This document shows, piece by piece, positions 44,301 through 59,384 of a stretch of DNA of 64,000 nt. Positions within the stretch are counted from its first letter, which is position 1. Every line of letters begins with the position of its first letter. This DNA is from Eledone cirrhosa. Lineage: Eukaryota. The notes under the pieces were generated by a model. The model ran no database searches. It was not told where the DNA came from and saw nothing but the letters and a program-made list of their open reading frames with translations. A program made the translations under genes and the position numbers. The stretch is taken from NCBI GenBank assembly GCA_964016885.1, contig OZ024743.1, positions 74,524,001 to 74,588,000 on the forward strand, written 5' to 3'.

Positions 44301-45600
44301 TCCGTGTAGTCGACTACTTTAAATTGGGGACAACCTACACTAGCCTTATCTGTTTCCTTACAGAATACCCTATCTAAATACGATCTGGATGACCCGATGC
44401 GGTTTGCCCATATCCACATTGGCACATTCGGATAATCCAGTCTATACCTGTCAGACATTCAACCGTCTGAGCAGGTTGTTGAGGCTTATACCCTCTTGTC
44501 CTGTCTACTAGCCCCACATAAGTCCAGTGTGCATCTAAGATACCGTTCCAGTCGCCCACTAACACTAAAGAGCGGGACGTTCCAAGAAGGGTCTCTAGAC
44601 GTCTGAAGAAATCTAGCCGTCTTGCCCCTGTTGGGGCGTAGACGGCTACTAGCCAGAAAGCATTGCCTTCGCTGCCGGTCACGTCCAGCACCACCGACTT
44701 ACCTTCTGGGTCTAGGAAGATGGCCCGTATGGCGAGATCCAAGCCTCTTCGAAATAGCACGGCAACCCCTCCACCCGATCCCGGGCGGCTGGGAGATGCG
44801 TATACATCGTAGCCGCCGAAGATCGGTGCGAAGGCTCGTGCTTCGGAGATTCTGGTCTCGCTGATGGCCACCACATCTATGTTTAGTGACCTGAGGTCAT
44901 GGAGCAGGTGACCCTGCTTCCAAGATGAACCCAGGCCACGTGCATTTATACTGCCTATTCTAAGTACGGCCATGTTGGATGAGAAACGGGGTAAGTGAGA
45001 AAGGATCACTTACCTTGATCGTGTGGTGAAGGGACAGTAGAACCGTCCTTTTGGTTGGTCATGGGTGTTTCCAAGAGGATGTCGGTGTATATCCTCTGGG
45101 TAACCGATCCTCTGAAGTCTCCAACGGTGTTGGGGAGGGGGATTTTGTTGCTGTTTTCTTGTTGTTGCTGTTGGGTGTGTGTGTTTCGTTGTGTTTGCGA
45201 TGTTGGTGTTTTTGGTGATGCTGGTGGTAGTGTGGTTGTTGTTGGTGGTGATGGTGATGATAGTGGTTTTGCTGCAAGTCTCCTTGCAGCTTTTACCCCT
45301 CTTTGTTTGCCTTCGCTTTTGGAGGGCGAAGCTAAGGGGTTTTTCCTTTTTTGTTTTTCGTTGAAGACCGTTTGCCACTTCCCTCCCGCCTCATATTCCA
45401 TGTCGGATTTCATGGTGTCTGGGAGGGGTATGAGCTCCACTGCTGTTGGTGGTGGTAGTGGAGCCCGCTCCGGCGATTTTGCCGCCGGTGTAGCTACTGC
45501 GACTGTTGGTGTTGCCGCTGCTTTAGTTGTCCGTGGCCTTGGTATGGGTGCCAGGGACGTTGCCCTCCTACTCACCATGGAAGGGTCTTCTGCCTCTGAA
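41393..45600 (-). mobile_element. Tx1/L1-clade LINE: ORF1 C-terminal part, complete but frameshifted ORF2, (ATT)n tail
   Basis: APE SINARGL, AISET, VYAP, VGDWN, YLDRVF, TDH; YWKLN; KSPGLDGLP; RT LDQSKTFDRVDH, YADH; GGLG.P; CRRC...ETVLH...C; aataaa then (att)n at 41393-41413. Confidence 0.9.
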
Positions 45601-46625
45601 GAGGAGCCATTCAAACTTTGTGAGGCGCGGACGGGGCAAGGCCCGACGGTCAGGCGGTAGTAGATGACGGACACGATGTACGCATTCGCCACCTCCGCCC
45701 GACCTTTCAGTGACAGCTTCCTCGCAGCCCATTTCTGAGTGAGACTGGCTACTCTGACCGCCACCCCGTCCAAATTCTTATCCCCCTGGAGGTCTGGGCC
45801 GAACCAAACCCCGATCAACTTTACCGGTCCGTCCGTCCAGCGCCCAACGACGCTATTGGACGGCATGGACTTGCCTTTCCAGGTTCCCAGCTGCAAGCCC
45901 ACCGACTTTTCCGGGTTAAGTTTCGCTCCCATCAGCCTTTCATATTCCTCCAATAGGGTGCCGTCCACCTCGATTTCACGGTGATGTCGTCCGCATAAGC
46001 CGACACAGCCTCTTCGCGTTCCGGTTCGAGAGGGATGCCCTGCAAAAGCTCCAGCTTCCGCAGTTAAGGCTCGAAAGTCAAGGGAGGGGAGAGGGCACCC
46101 CTAACTACTGATCGGGAGATCTGAAACGGTTCCGAGAGGTGGCCATTAACTTTGAACACCGAGCAAATGCCGCTGTGCATTGCAACGATCCAGCTTCTTA
46201 AGGCCGGGCCGAAGCCAGCTGCCTTGAGGACAGCCTCCAGGTACCGATAGTCGACCCTATCGAATGCTTTCAATTGATCTAAATTGATCAGAGCCCCACC
46301 GAGGCCAAGTTTACACTCTACCCTGTCTATGATGTATCGCATGAGGTAGAGGTTGTCGTGTATGGACCTGGTCGGGATTGCAAAAGTTTGCGCCTCCCCA
46401 ACCAAATCTTCGACGACAAGCGCCAACTTCTTCGCTAACACCTTGGCCAAAATCTTAAACTCTGTGTTGAGCAGAGTTATGGGCTTGAAGTTGTCTAATG
46501 TGTCCCTCTTGTTCTCGTCTTTCCTTATCAGTGTCACTACGCCCCAGCTCACAGAACTGGGAATACTCCCGTTTTCCAGCCAGTTGCAGTAGAGCGCTTC
46601 GAGGAGATCGGAGAACTAGTCTGGC
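45600..46625 (-). mobile_element. RT fragment of a second, related Tx1/L1 copy
   Basis: NFKPITLLNTEFKILAK, LDQLKAFDRVD, YADD near 45985-46000, KLNPEKSVGLQLG. Confidence 0.85.
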
Positions 46626-46636
46626 ATGTTTAATAA

Positions 46637-46810
46637 ATATTTCTACTTTAGGCACAAGGCCAGCAATTTTAAGGGGAGGGGGAAAGTCGATTAAATCGAC
46701 CCCAGTGCATTACTGATGCTTTATTTTATCGACCCCCGTAAGGATGAAAGGTAACGCTAACCTCGGCGGGATTTGAAATCAGATCATAAAGGGACGTAAC
46801 TTTATGCTAC
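46637..46810 (-). mobile_element. SINE, 5'-truncated
   Basis: Same core as 9972, with a longer 3' part. Confidence 0.75.
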
Positions 46811-47085
46811 GAATAATAAACGTTGTGGCACTCTACAACAGCTGATTCATTCGGGGGTATTTACACCAACCGCGGTCGGCCAAATTTGTCATCATCATTG
46901 GTTTTCGAAAGTGACCATGTAAGTGCTGTAGGCGTCACATGTATTTTCAATCAGGGAACCGAGTCATGCAGCCCATTCCAAAGTTTTTTTCTCTTCGAAC
47001 TTTTCAAAAACTCAAAATGGCTAGATTAAAGTTTTAGGAGAAAGTGGCTCAGATGTTAACTAGTCTGTCATCCATATTACAACAT

Positions 47086-47263
47086 ATAATTGTTCCTACT
47101 TTTGGCACAAGTCCAGAAATTAATCAATACATTACTGGTACTTTATTTTATCGACACCGTAAGGATGAAAGGAAAAGTTAACCCCGGAGGGATTTGAACT
47201 CAGTCTGAGAAGGGACGTAACTCTATGCTGCAAAGTATGACATCCGACCCTCTACCGATACTG
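47086..47263 (-). mobile_element. SINE
   Basis: Same family as 9972. Confidence 0.8.
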
Positions 47264-47559
47264 GTAGCACCAAAGCCAGCAGGTTGACCGTGCCAATCTC
47301 TTTTCTATAGCACAGAAGCTAGCTCAGACAAACAACAACAATTCAGAAAGTAACAATAACAACGATGATAACAATAACACTATTACCATGGCTACAAATG
47401 ATGCCCACAAGGACAAAAACAACAATAATAGTAGTGTCGTAAACACTGGACTAGGGTACAACCTAGGGTAGCCCAATTCATTTTTGTGTTTGTTTCAACC
47501 AAGATATTCACCACACAAACATGAAATAGAGAAAGAGAAAAGAATGCCACTTCAAAGAA

Positions 47560-48850
47560 CGTACTGCCTTGAAAACTGAGCTCAAATCAAAGAATTAAAT
47601 ATCAGCTATAAATACGTTTGTAATCCCAGATGTCATCTATAATTTCAGCATCATATATTGGAATAGTAATGAAATAAAGAAAGCAGACAACAAAGTCTGG
47701 AAACTTCTGACTTGTAATAAACTACATGACTCAAAAGCAGATATGGATCAGTTCTATACCCCTAGGCGAAGTGGACATAGAAGAAAGTTCTAGTTCGAGC
47801 TGTACCATTGAACTCGATCAATACCTTAAAACCACAGATGACTAGATGATGAAAATAGTTGCAGAACATGAAAGGAGGAATGATTTACAATCAATCATGA
47901 AAGAAAGTAGGAAGTTTGCGAAAGAATTAGAAAGACATAAATAATATTCTAAGAATGATGGCTATTTTGCAATCAAAGCTGCAAAAACATCAAAATGTTG
48001 ATGAAAAAAAGTTCAACGGAAACTGCGCACTAAATGGGAGCAAAAAATTACTGTATGGGCAGTGTTTCCTCTGTAGCAAAGAATCTGATGTAGATCAAAC
48101 TCTCACCCATCAATGGCTGCGGAGTTCTGAGCTAAGATCATTGAGTGAGGGCTTCATGTTGGCTGCACAAGACCAGTGTCTTTCAAGCAAATATGATCAG
48201 AACTGGAACTAACCCAAAGTGTCGGTTTTATGACGAGCATGTTCAGACCATTGACCACCTGGTCTCAGACTGCAAGGTGTTAACTCCCCAAGAGTATAAA
48301 ACTAGACACGATAGAGTAGGGCAACATTTACACCGAGTAATAGGCAGTTTCTATGCCATAAACACAGAGGGAAATTTGTACATCCCTCACCCAGATACAA
48401 TAACAGAAAGTGAGAATGTGACATTCCTATGGAATTTTCCTGTAAACACCGATAGAACAATCAAGGACCGCAAAAAATTAACATGCCTCTTGACCGACAT
48501 TCCATCAGATCGTAAGATCTCTCGAAAAGAGTTCCGAAAGTTCAGTAAATATAAAGATCTGATAAATGAAATTGAGAAAATGTGACATCTTAAAGCCTGT
48601 ACAATATCAGTTATATTTGATGCATTTGGAATAATAAAATAAGGGAACAGAAAAATATTTGGAGCAGATACCTGGAAAGCCATCTCTGCATGGATACAGA
48701 AAATTTACTGTTTTGTTTATGCCCTTATATTATTATTTGCATGTCGATTGTTCAATGTGTGGATTACTAAATTTTGCCTAAGGTGTCAGTCTGACACTCG
48801 GCAAGATATGGGCAAGAAGCAGACTTCAACGGGAGTTTCACGTAATAATT
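47560..48850 (+). mobile_element. Degraded 3' part of an R4/Dong-like non-LTR element (restriction-like endonuclease)
   Basis: EGFMLAAQDQ; CRF....QTIDHLVSDC..L...EYKTRHDRVG..LH; LWNFPVNTDRTI; K..KYKDL. Confidence 0.8.
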
Positions 48851-48852
48851 AT

Positions 48853-49142
48853 ATAATTGTTTCTCCTTTTGGCACAAGGCCAGCAATTACTCAGTACATT
48901 ACTGGTACTTTATTTTATCGACACCGTAAGGATGAAAGGCAAAGTTAACCTCGGCGGGATTTGAACTCAGACTGTAAAGGAAGGTAACTATGCTGGAAAG
49001 CATGGTGTCCGACCCTCTACCGATACTGCCAATTCACCGCCCCTTATAATTGTTTCTACTTTTGGCACAAGGCCAGCGATTACCCCAGTGCATCACTAGT
49101 ACTTTATTTTATCGACCTCGTAAGGATGAAAGGCAAAGTAAA
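48853..49142 (-). mobile_element. Tandem SINEs (full 48853-49042, partial 49047-49142)
   Basis: Same family as 9972. Confidence 0.8.
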
Positions 49143-49521
49143 CGTAATAATGATATAATGGAACACCGACTATTTATCAAAAAAGGTTTTTCTTTAGTAA
49201 CAGACAAAATATTCATAATTAATTTACTTCTAGCGTGTGTCGTAAAATACTTGTCGGTTAGGTTTATGGTTCTATATTAAATACCGATAGTTTAAAATAC
49301 TTAACCCCTCCCCACCGCTTATTGCGATAGTGCCTCCGCAAAAACCATGACACTATACGTTTTTATTTCTATTCTATCAGCCTGAAATACCAACTGTTGA
49401 TTGGAAGGGAGTGAAAGGTATATTTCGCCGTTTATTTCTGATTAAACTTATAAATACTGAGTTTACTTCAAGAAAGCCATGCCACAGGTCCAGATTTTTA
49501 TTAAGATATGAATAAGTATTA

Positions 49522-49702
49522 TTTGGCAGTATCGGTAGAGGGTCGGACGCCATGCTTTCCAGCATAGTTACGTCCCTTTACGGTCTGAGTTCAAATCTCG
49601 TCGAGGTTAACTTTTCCTTTCATCCTTACGAGGTCGATAAAATAAAGTACCAGTAATGTACTGGGTAATTGCTGGCCTTGTGCCAAAAGTAGAAACAATT
49701 AT
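49522..49702 (+). mobile_element. SINE
   Basis: Same family as 9972. Confidence 0.8.
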
Positions 49703-49912
49703 TTAATTAGAGACTATGTATGGTGCGTAACTCCCGAGGGAGTCGTTGAGGCGCAGTTTTGACACAGTGTTCCTTGGGCATTTTTTAAACCTAACGAAGC
49801 CCATCTCTCCATGTCGAAATACAGCAGATTTCTTCCAGAGAAAGATAGAAAGTAGATAGAAAGTGAGAGAATGGAAGTGAGAAAGAGATATAGAGGAAGA
49901 ATCGAGCCTAGT

Positions 49913-50055
49913 ACTAGACTGGTACTTTTTTATCAACATCGAAAGGATAAAAGGCAATGTTGACCTCGGAAGGACCTGAACCCAGAAAGGAGAAAGCCGG
50001 AACGAATACGCAAAGAATTTTATCCGACGTTCTAACGACTCTGCCAATTCACCGC
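49913..50055 (-). mobile_element. Older, diverged SINE subfamily copy
   Basis: gcggtgaattggcagagtcgttagaacgtcgg...gaggtcaacattgcctttt. Confidence 0.65.
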
Positions 50056-50408
50056 TTTAATTATGGAATATATCAAACGGCAACCATATAATCCACTTTC
50101 TAGGCTCGTTGTTCTAAATCCTTGAGATAAGACTGAGCAAGTTCAAAGAAGAATTAATCCACGTATAATCGAAGATATATGTACAGCTTATTTATACATG
50201 TATTAAAAAATAACCTTGTTGACAGTATAACTTCTAGGAAATAACTTCTAGGAAATAAAGTAGATTATATTAACTACTTTCGTAGTAGATACTCATACCA
50301 TTCGCCATATTTTATGAAACACAATAACGAATACATGCTTTACGTATGTAAAAGGTTCCAGCTACCTCTACTTCCTCACACCGCTTACTGTTTATATAAA
50401 CACCTTCT

Positions 50409-50448
<40 letters not shown>

Positions 50449-50842
50449 TAAAAGGAATTCCAACCTTGTCTGATTTATTCGTTTTGTTTACAATCCTTTA
50501 AAATTATAATGGTATTAGAATGAAATAGTATGGCAGAATATTAAATGTTAAGTGTTAATTGAGTAAGTACTTTCATGCTTTCGCAATCTTCAGGTTCATA
50601 ATCTGTGGTGACAGTCAAGTTCGCAATTTTCAACACACTTGCATAAAGACATGATGCATCTCCCGCTCCGGTAATCGAAATCGCAACCTCACGATTGCGA
50701 ATCCAATTCTCTATCCACTCAGCTGCCCGCCTTATATATATAGATATAGATCCTGAGTTAAATCGGGGGTAATCACAGTGTAAAAGGTATTGAATGCATT
50801 AACAGAGTGTAAAAATCATTATTTAATATAGAAATTTAATAT

Positions 50843-51052
50843 AGGCGGTGGATTGGCAGTATCGGTAGAGGGTCGGGCACCATGCTTTGACGCATAGTGT
50901 TACGGCCCTTACCATTTTGAGTTCAAATCCCACCGAGGTTAACTTTGCTTTTCATCCTTACGGGGTCGATAAAATAAAGTACCAGTATAAAATAAAGCAC
51001 CAGTAATGCACTGGGTAATTGCTGGCCTTGTGCCAAAAGTAAAAACAATTAT
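50843..51052 (+). mobile_element. SINE with a short internal duplication
   Basis: Same family as 9972; aaataaag.accagt duplicated. Confidence 0.8.
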
Positions 51053-51521
51053 TTAATATAGAAACAGCTTCCACAGGACTAGAACTGATTTATTCGTATT
51101 GAATCATCTGGAAAGGGCATTTCTGATGATACCATACGACTGAAACAGTTCTAGTCCTGTAGAATCCACTTCTATATTAAATAGTATATGTATATAATTG
51201 TCGGGTTACAATTTATTCAACTGCATATATATATATATATATATACGTATATATATAAAAGCAGTTAAATAAATTGTAACCCGACAAGTCGGTCTTGTCA
51301 CACATCTCTCCATTTCTATTAACATTTAAAAATCATGAACTTGTTTATTTACAATAAGTTATTGTAATAAACCTTCTTAAAGACTCCATTTGTATTTTCA
51401 ACTTCTTTTTCTTATATTTTAACACGCATGGGATATATTAAACATTACATATATATATATGTATATATATAGTAATAATTAATATGGCGATCCAAAGACT
51501 AAAATAGTCCTTATCGAGCCA

Positions 51522-51576
<55 letters not shown>

Positions 51577-52010
51577 CCCAAAGCTTATATGGTTCGTTGA
51601 TTATTCAACGAATTCAATTTTACAATAGATTAGAAGCACACGACAGAAACTTATCTGGAGTATCTATAATATTATTCAAAATATATCTATAATATTATTC
51701 AAAATAACACTTTGTATATATGTAAATTTTGCCTAATTTATAGATATTTATATGTCATAGCATAACCTCATTGAGAGTTTTTTTATCCCTATGAATTGAT
51801 TAGGATAGATCACTATTTAATTAGACATCAATTAAGATATATACATTAGATATGTTGAGGATCTTAAGAAATTGTTGGACAAGAGGGAAGATATTCCCTC
51901 TAAGTTAAACAGTTTTTTTACATTGTAAAAGAGTTATCTTCCTTTTGTTTACATTGTCCGTAAATTTTATTAGCTTGCAAAAAAATATATATAAAATATA
52001 GATTAATAAA

Positions 52011-52198
52011 TAATTGTTTCTACTTTTGGCACATGGCCAGCAATTAACCAGTGCATTACTGGTACTTTATTTTATCGACCCCGTAAGGATGAAAGGCAAA
52101 GTTAACCTCGGCGGGATTTGAACTCAGAATGGCAACGACCGTAACTCTATGCTTCAAAGCATGGGGTCCGACTCTCTACCGATACCGCCAATTCACCA
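52011..52198 (-). mobile_element. SINE
   Basis: Same family as 9972. Confidence 0.8.
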
Positions 52199-53071
52199 GA
52201 CTATCATTAAACTTAAACTATATATATTAGAATAATTAAGTATTGAAGTAAATATAACTATAACCCTTCATTAAGTGAAATAAAGTTTATGGAGAGTCAA
52301 TATAACCACAGTTAGATTTTTAAAAATAAATGAAAATAAAAAATAACGAAGTTTCACATAAAGTAGAATTTTGAATTAATTTAGATGATAAATGAACAAA
52401 ATATATTATATATTGATGTAGATATATGCATTTTTAATATATTTTAATACATATTTAATAGTTATTTAATAAGCATTAAGATAAATTGTTTAATTGTTAC
52501 ATTATAATGCTAAATAGAATATCTTACCTTATAATAAAACAGTCATAATCTAAAATTAGTTAAATTAAATTAAATTAATTTAAGCATATAAATTTGTAAT
52601 GAACTTAAATATTCGATTGCCGTAGAAATTAATCTATGCCTAATAATCTAGATATATTATAAACTTATAATTAACTAAAGCGTAATCCAATATAAATGGT
52701 ATTCACTGATAAATAATATGAAACATTTTAAAATTTTTGAATTATTGTCTAGTATTTGAATACAACGGGTCTTTTTATTCTCTCCTTTACTTTATCCTTT
52801 CCTTTTCCTTTTCTTCTTTTCTTTATTTCCCTTCTTTTCTCTCCGCATCTTCCCTTTTCTTCTTTTCTTTATTTCCCTTTTTTTATCTCCACATCTTCCC
52901 TTTCAATTCCCCTTCTATATTCCTTCGTTGCTTTACGTCCTCTTCTTCTCTACGTTTATCATATTATTTGTGGTATATAAATGTTGAGGGTTGGTGAAAT
53001 AACTTACTGCCACTACAGGAACTGAAGATTCAACACCTTAGCGGTATGTCGTATAACTAATCTCTTATATA

Positions 53072-53130
53072 TTTTATCTGATGAAAACGTACTGAAATAC
53101 CATTGTACCTTTGAAATATCTATAATAAAA
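53072..53130 (+). ncRNA. Type I hammerhead ribozyme (26464 family)
   Basis: ttttat-ctgatga-aaa-gtac/gtac-ttt-gaaa-tatcta-ta-ataaaa. Confidence 0.78.
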
Positions 53131-53181
53131 TATATATTCGGTTATGATAATATTTCTCATTTATTCATATTTTGAATAATA

Positions 53182-53256
<75 letters not shown>

Positions 53257-53674
53257 GGGGAGAAGAATACTGCATGGTTGCACATGGATAACATGTTATA
53301 AAATGAGTCCCTCATCAGTGATTTTCCAACGGTCATAGGTATTTCATTGCATTAAAAATCATATACCTCACGTTGGTGCAATAAATATATACATATATAT
53401 ATATACACATAGACACACACAAACACATATATATATATGTGTGTGTGTGTATGTGTGTGTGGGGGGGGGTCAATATGAATGGACCTGTTATTTTTATCTA
53501 AAGACATTTTTCCAATTCCATCCCGTACGTGCCTTCAATCTATCTTATTTCTCGTTCTTTTTTTTGTAAAGGACTAACGTTCGAAACGTTAAGACTCTCT
53601 TCCTGCTATATCAAGCGTTAACTTAATATATTCCTTCCATATACTGTACCGATGTTGTTGTTATTTCTGTTTAC

Positions 53675-53792
<118 letters not shown>

Positions 53793-53952
53793 ATTCCGGG
53801 TTGAATCGGAGGTAACCACAGTAAGTAAGGTACTCAATACATAACAGAGTAAAAAGTTTTAATATAGATGAGAACTGTTTCATTCTTTAGAAATCATCAG
53901 GAATCCTGATGATTTCTAAAGAATGAAACAGTTCTAGTCCTGTAGAATCTCA

Positions 53953-54072
<120 letters not shown>

Positions 54073-54083
54073 GAGAGAGGGGG

Positions 54084-54121
<38 letters not shown>

Positions 54122-54349
54122 CAGTATGTAGTAAAACGTGCATAATGAAATTGATCTTATCTCTAAAGTGGAAATATTTTCTGTATTAAGAAAACAATTA
54201 AAAGATTAATATACCATGTATGGTTGTAATATTTTATCACGTACTCGGGATTCTCGTGTTTGATATGTAGTTTACAGATCTTTAATAGTTTCTATTGGTT
54301 TGGACTAAGTTTGGCTCCATCGGACACACCATCAGAATGTCGAATCTAC

Positions 54350-55132
54350 GTGTGTGTGTGTATGTTTGTGTATGTATGTATGTAGGTGTACATGTATGTA
54401 TGTATGTATGTATGTATGTATGTATGTATGTATGTATGTATGTATGTATGTATGTATGTATGTATGTATGTATGTATGCATATATGTGTATATGTATGTA
54501 TGTAGGTGTACATGTATGTATGTATGTATGTATGTATGTATGTATGTATGTATGTATGTATGTATGTATGTATGTATGTATGTATGCATATATGTGTATA
54601 TGTATGTATGTAGGTGTACACGTATGTATGTATGTATGTATGTATGTATGTATGTATGCATATATGTGTATATGTATGTATGTAAGTGTACATGTATGTA
54701 TGTATGTATGTAGGTGTACATGTATTAATGTATGTAGGTGTACATGTATGTATGTATGCATATATGTATCTATGTATGTATGTCGGTGTACATGTATGTA
54801 TGTATGTAGGTGTACATGTATGTATGCATGTATGTATGTATGTATATGTATGTAGGTATGTATGTTTCTGTATATGTTTCTATGTACATGTGTATGTATA
54901 TATGTATGTATGCATATATGTATGTAAATGTCTATTTATGTTTTGTATGTAGGTGTGTATATATAAATATATATATATATATTTATGTATGTGTGTTTCT
55001 ATGTGTGTTTTTATGTACTTGTGTATGTACATATGTATGCATGTGTGATTATATACATATATAAATGCATATAATCATATGTATATAATCACACATACAT
55101 ACACACATACTACAGACTAACATATATACCCC

Positions 55133-55171
<39 letters not shown>

Positions 55172-55593
55172 GGGTATACATGTCAGTCTGTAGTATGTGT
55201 GTATGTATGTGTGTGGGTATATATGTTAGTCTGTAGTACGTGTGATTATATACATATATATATGTATGTGGGTATATATGTTAGTCTGTAGTATGTGTGT
55301 GTGTATGTGTGATTATATACATATATATATGTGGGTATATATGTTGGTCTGTAGTATGTTTCTATCTAAGCACGTGTATTTTAATAACTTTGAGGACTTC
55401 TTTTGTCATGACATTTGTCTAATTTAAACAATATCTTTAACTATATATATATATATATTATATATATATATATATAATATGTATTTATATATATATATAT
55501 ATTATATATATATATATATTATATTTACATATGTATACATACACACACACATATATATATATATATACATATATGTATATATATATACACACA

Positions 55594-55633
<40 letters not shown>

Positions 55634-55641
55634 TACATATT

Positions 55642-55693
<52 letters not shown>

Positions 55694-55697
55694 CATA

Positions 55698-55734
<37 letters not shown>

Positions 55735-55754
55735 TCATATATATATATATACAC

Positions 55755-55835
<81 letters not shown>

Positions 55836-56845
55836 CACGTACAAATAAATATGTATTATGTATTTCACATTCCAATGTGCATGCTTGCTATTTGCTGTAG
55901 GATTACATTTGGATAAGCAATAAAGCTTAATTGATGTTTTAATGAGTGCCTTAGATACTGGGTATGTGTGTGTGTCTGTATATATGTGTGTATGGTATGT
56001 GTGTGTGTCTGTATGTATGTGTGTATGGTATGTGTGTCGTGTGTGTGTATATATAAATTTGTGTTTGTGTATGTGTTTTATTAGTATATTTGTGCTTTTT
56101 TGAGAATATGTTCTGATGATACTTTTGAGCGCAACTCTGTATTTGTGTGTGTATGTATGTGTGTGTGTGTCTGTGTCGTGTGTGTGTGTGTATAAACTTG
56201 TGTTTGTGTCTGTGTGTCGTGCGTCTGTGTGTCTGTGTGTCGTGTGCGTGTGTGTGTTTGTCTGTGTGCCGTCTGTGTGTGTGTGTCTGTGTGTGTATGT
56301 GTGTCTGTGTGCCGTGTGTGTGTGTCTGTGTGTGTATGTGTATCTGTGTGCCTATGTGTCTATGTGTATGTGTGTGTCTGTGTGTGTGTATAAATGTGTG
56401 TTTGTGTATGTGTTCTATAGGTATATTTCTACATGGAGGTTTCTTCACAAGAGTCTCCATATTCTAAGCCAGAAACTTTTCTGAAGCACGATTTTGTAAT
56501 TGTAAAATGTCCTCTAAATTGTCACGACTATCTAGTTAAAGATATATCGATGAAGTATTTACTATTTTACAGACTGCAGTAATGTGTTGGAATTAAGAGA
56601 ATTACTGAAAGTGGCGGCAGTATAGATTTGTATATTTTTGTATATGTTTGTATATGTTTGTATATGTTTGTATATGTTTGTATGTTTGTATATATTTGTA
56701 TATATTTGTATATATTTGTATATAAATGTATATGTTTGTATATATTTGTATATGTTTGTAAATATTTGCATATATTTATATATATTTGTATATATTTGTA
56801 TATATTTATATATATTTATATATATTTGTATATATTTGTATATAG
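54350..56845. repeat. Compound simple-repeat region: (TATG)n, (TA)n, (TG)n, (TATATATTTG)n
   Basis: Direct reading. Confidence 0.9.
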
Positions 56846-56999
56846 AAACAGGTGGAGTTATTCTGGAGCGTCTTCGTAACTTTACTTATCATTCTTACGG
56901 ATTGAGACACAAAAATATATCTACCAATCTTTATATCGATCTCTGCTGGTCTTTGGCTCATTTTCTTATTCCCACCCTTGAGTCATATGTAGATAGGGG

Positions 57000-57324
57000 T
57001 AGGGCCGGATTTAATGGGGGGGGGGGGGGTTGCAAAGAGGGCAATTATCCCAGCCCCACAGCAGTGGAAACCCCATCAGTGATGACCATAGCAATTTATT
57101 TGGGTTCTCAGCAGGACGCTTTTAGTTTTAAGATGGTTAGATGTTTTAAATGTAATTCCTGTATGTATAATTTTTCAATTCCAATGACTTGCTCCAAGGT
57201 AACTTTGATATGTAAAATTGGGGGGTTTGCTGTGTATTCTAATGTTTTGTGAATGACTCCCCCCTCCTCCCCGCAAAAAAAACCTGAAGTACCTCGGACC
57301 CCTCAGAGTGTAAATCCAATCCTG
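57000..57324. mobile_element. MITE-like element with hAT-type TIRs
   Basis: agggccggattta at 57001 and taaatccaatcctg at 57311-57324 are imperfect inverted termini. Confidence 0.55.
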
Positions 57325-57531
57325 GTTTTTTGGAGGCGTATCTCATATAAATTTCGTATATATAGATTAACAAGAATTCCATATCAATGAGAAAATTCTA
57401 AATGTAGGTGCCCCAACGTAAATAATTATAATAATAGCCGATCATTTTAAATAATAGTTGAGAGAATCGGGTAAAGATTCCTTAGAGAGGGGGAAAAGGG
57501 GACAGATGGTAAGTCTTCGATTTGAAAATAC

Positions 57532-58797
57532 AGCTCTCTCTCACCTCGAATGACCGCCAAATTTGAAATTCCAGCAGTTTTTGACTGAGGAAGTATCATA
57601 GCGACACGAAGCGGGAAGGGGAGACAACCCACGAAATGAGGAAAAAAATAATATACACGCGGGTTAATTAGTTTTTTTGAAAACATTATCAATCCGACGT
57701 GTTTAAGAACTCAATTGAAAATAAAAAATAAATATATGCTTGTATAAATTACACACGCATATAGATATTTTCTTAGGCTAAATCAGAAGTTGTACCCGAA
57801 TAAGAACCGCTTCTCATAACCGCAGTAAATGCAGAAAGTTATGCTATAAAGGGCAAATGGGAATATAATTCTCCGGCCGAAATATTAAGAGTAAAATATA
57901 AAACACACGCGGGTTAATTAGTTATTACAAAACCAATATTAGTTCCTCGTGTAAAGAACTCAATTAATAAAAGAAAATAAATACACATATGCATGTAATT
58001 ATATACGTAGGCATATATATATATTTTCCTAGGCTAAAAAACAGAGAAGCTACAACCAAAAAAAAAAAACAAAAAAAAAAGCCGCAATATTTCACAACAG
58101 TAATAAAAACGGAAAGTCAAATTCATAAGGTACCTGGAAATAAACACCTCTGGCCAATCAAGAGTAAATATTTAATACAATAACAGAGATAGTTTAAAGC
58201 TAAACTCTGACTGGTAACCATCTCACTCAACAAACATTAGGTTATATTAAAATATAAACCCAATTTAAGTGTTTGGGGTGCTAACCAAATGTATAATGTG
58301 GAAAAACCAGTTGTATTATTTTATGAGATATAATTAAAGTTAAAGTATATCTCTCTTTCCAAACAATTGTTTCATTATAAGTTTTCTACAAGTTTGGGAG
58401 AATGTTTCCAGTTTATGTAGAAGCCTAATATATATTCATGTAAGAATATATTTAGGTGGGCACTTATAAATCGTCAGTGGAAGCCCATTAAACATTGAAA
58501 TAAGAAAACAATTTCTTACCGCTGTCAAAAATCATGTCCGTAAAGTAGCTCTCTCTCACCTCGAATGACCGCCAAATTTGAAATTCCAGCAGTTTTTGAC
58601 TGAGGAAGTATCATAGCGACACGAAGCGGGAAGGGGAGACAACCCACGAAATGAGGAAAAAAATAATATACACGCGGGTTAATTAGTTTTTTTGAAAACA
58701 TTATCAATCCGACATGTTTAAGAACTCAATTGAAAATAAAAAAATAAATATATGCTTGTATAAATTACACACGCATATAGATATTTTCTTAGGCTAA
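57532..58797. repeat. Near-identical direct repeats of about 250 bp (57532-57782, 58548-58797) with a diverged partial copy at about 57905-58040
   Basis: agctctctctcacctcgaatgacc...ttaggctaaa occurs twice. Confidence 0.85.
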
Positions 58798-59384
58798 AAG
58801 GATACTATTTATGGTTATGTATATATTAAACTTTTTATAGTTATGTATATTTTAAACCTTAAAAGTGAAGGTCAGTAATTTATTACTACCTTATTACCAG
58901 TAATATAAATAGCTCAATGTAATAACATCAGTTGTTCTACAGAGCAGTTATATAGAATTCACAAGAATCAAAGCTATGTTCAAAGCATTTATGCACTTAC
59001 AATTGTTTCATCCAAACCTAAGATTCACTACGAAATCATCGTTACTTATGTGATGGATATAAAACCTATATCTTACTTTTTCTGAATGTGAAAATGGTGG
59101 TGGATACGAAAACTATAACTTTCTTTTGCTTCTTCTTTTATTTTTATTTTTCTGCACACATACTTTTTTTTATCTATACTAAAAATACCCTACCACTACA
59201 ACCACCATAATACTCTTGCTTACCCACTTAAAGTGCTTGCATTACATGTAACACCTTGCCACACAATAATCGTATAAAAATGAGACACACTTAATGCTCC
59301 ATGTTTAACTGACGCATACACTACCTACTAGATCTGACTATCAAACTATCCTCCTGCATTATCTGTGTTATCTGCCGAATGTAT

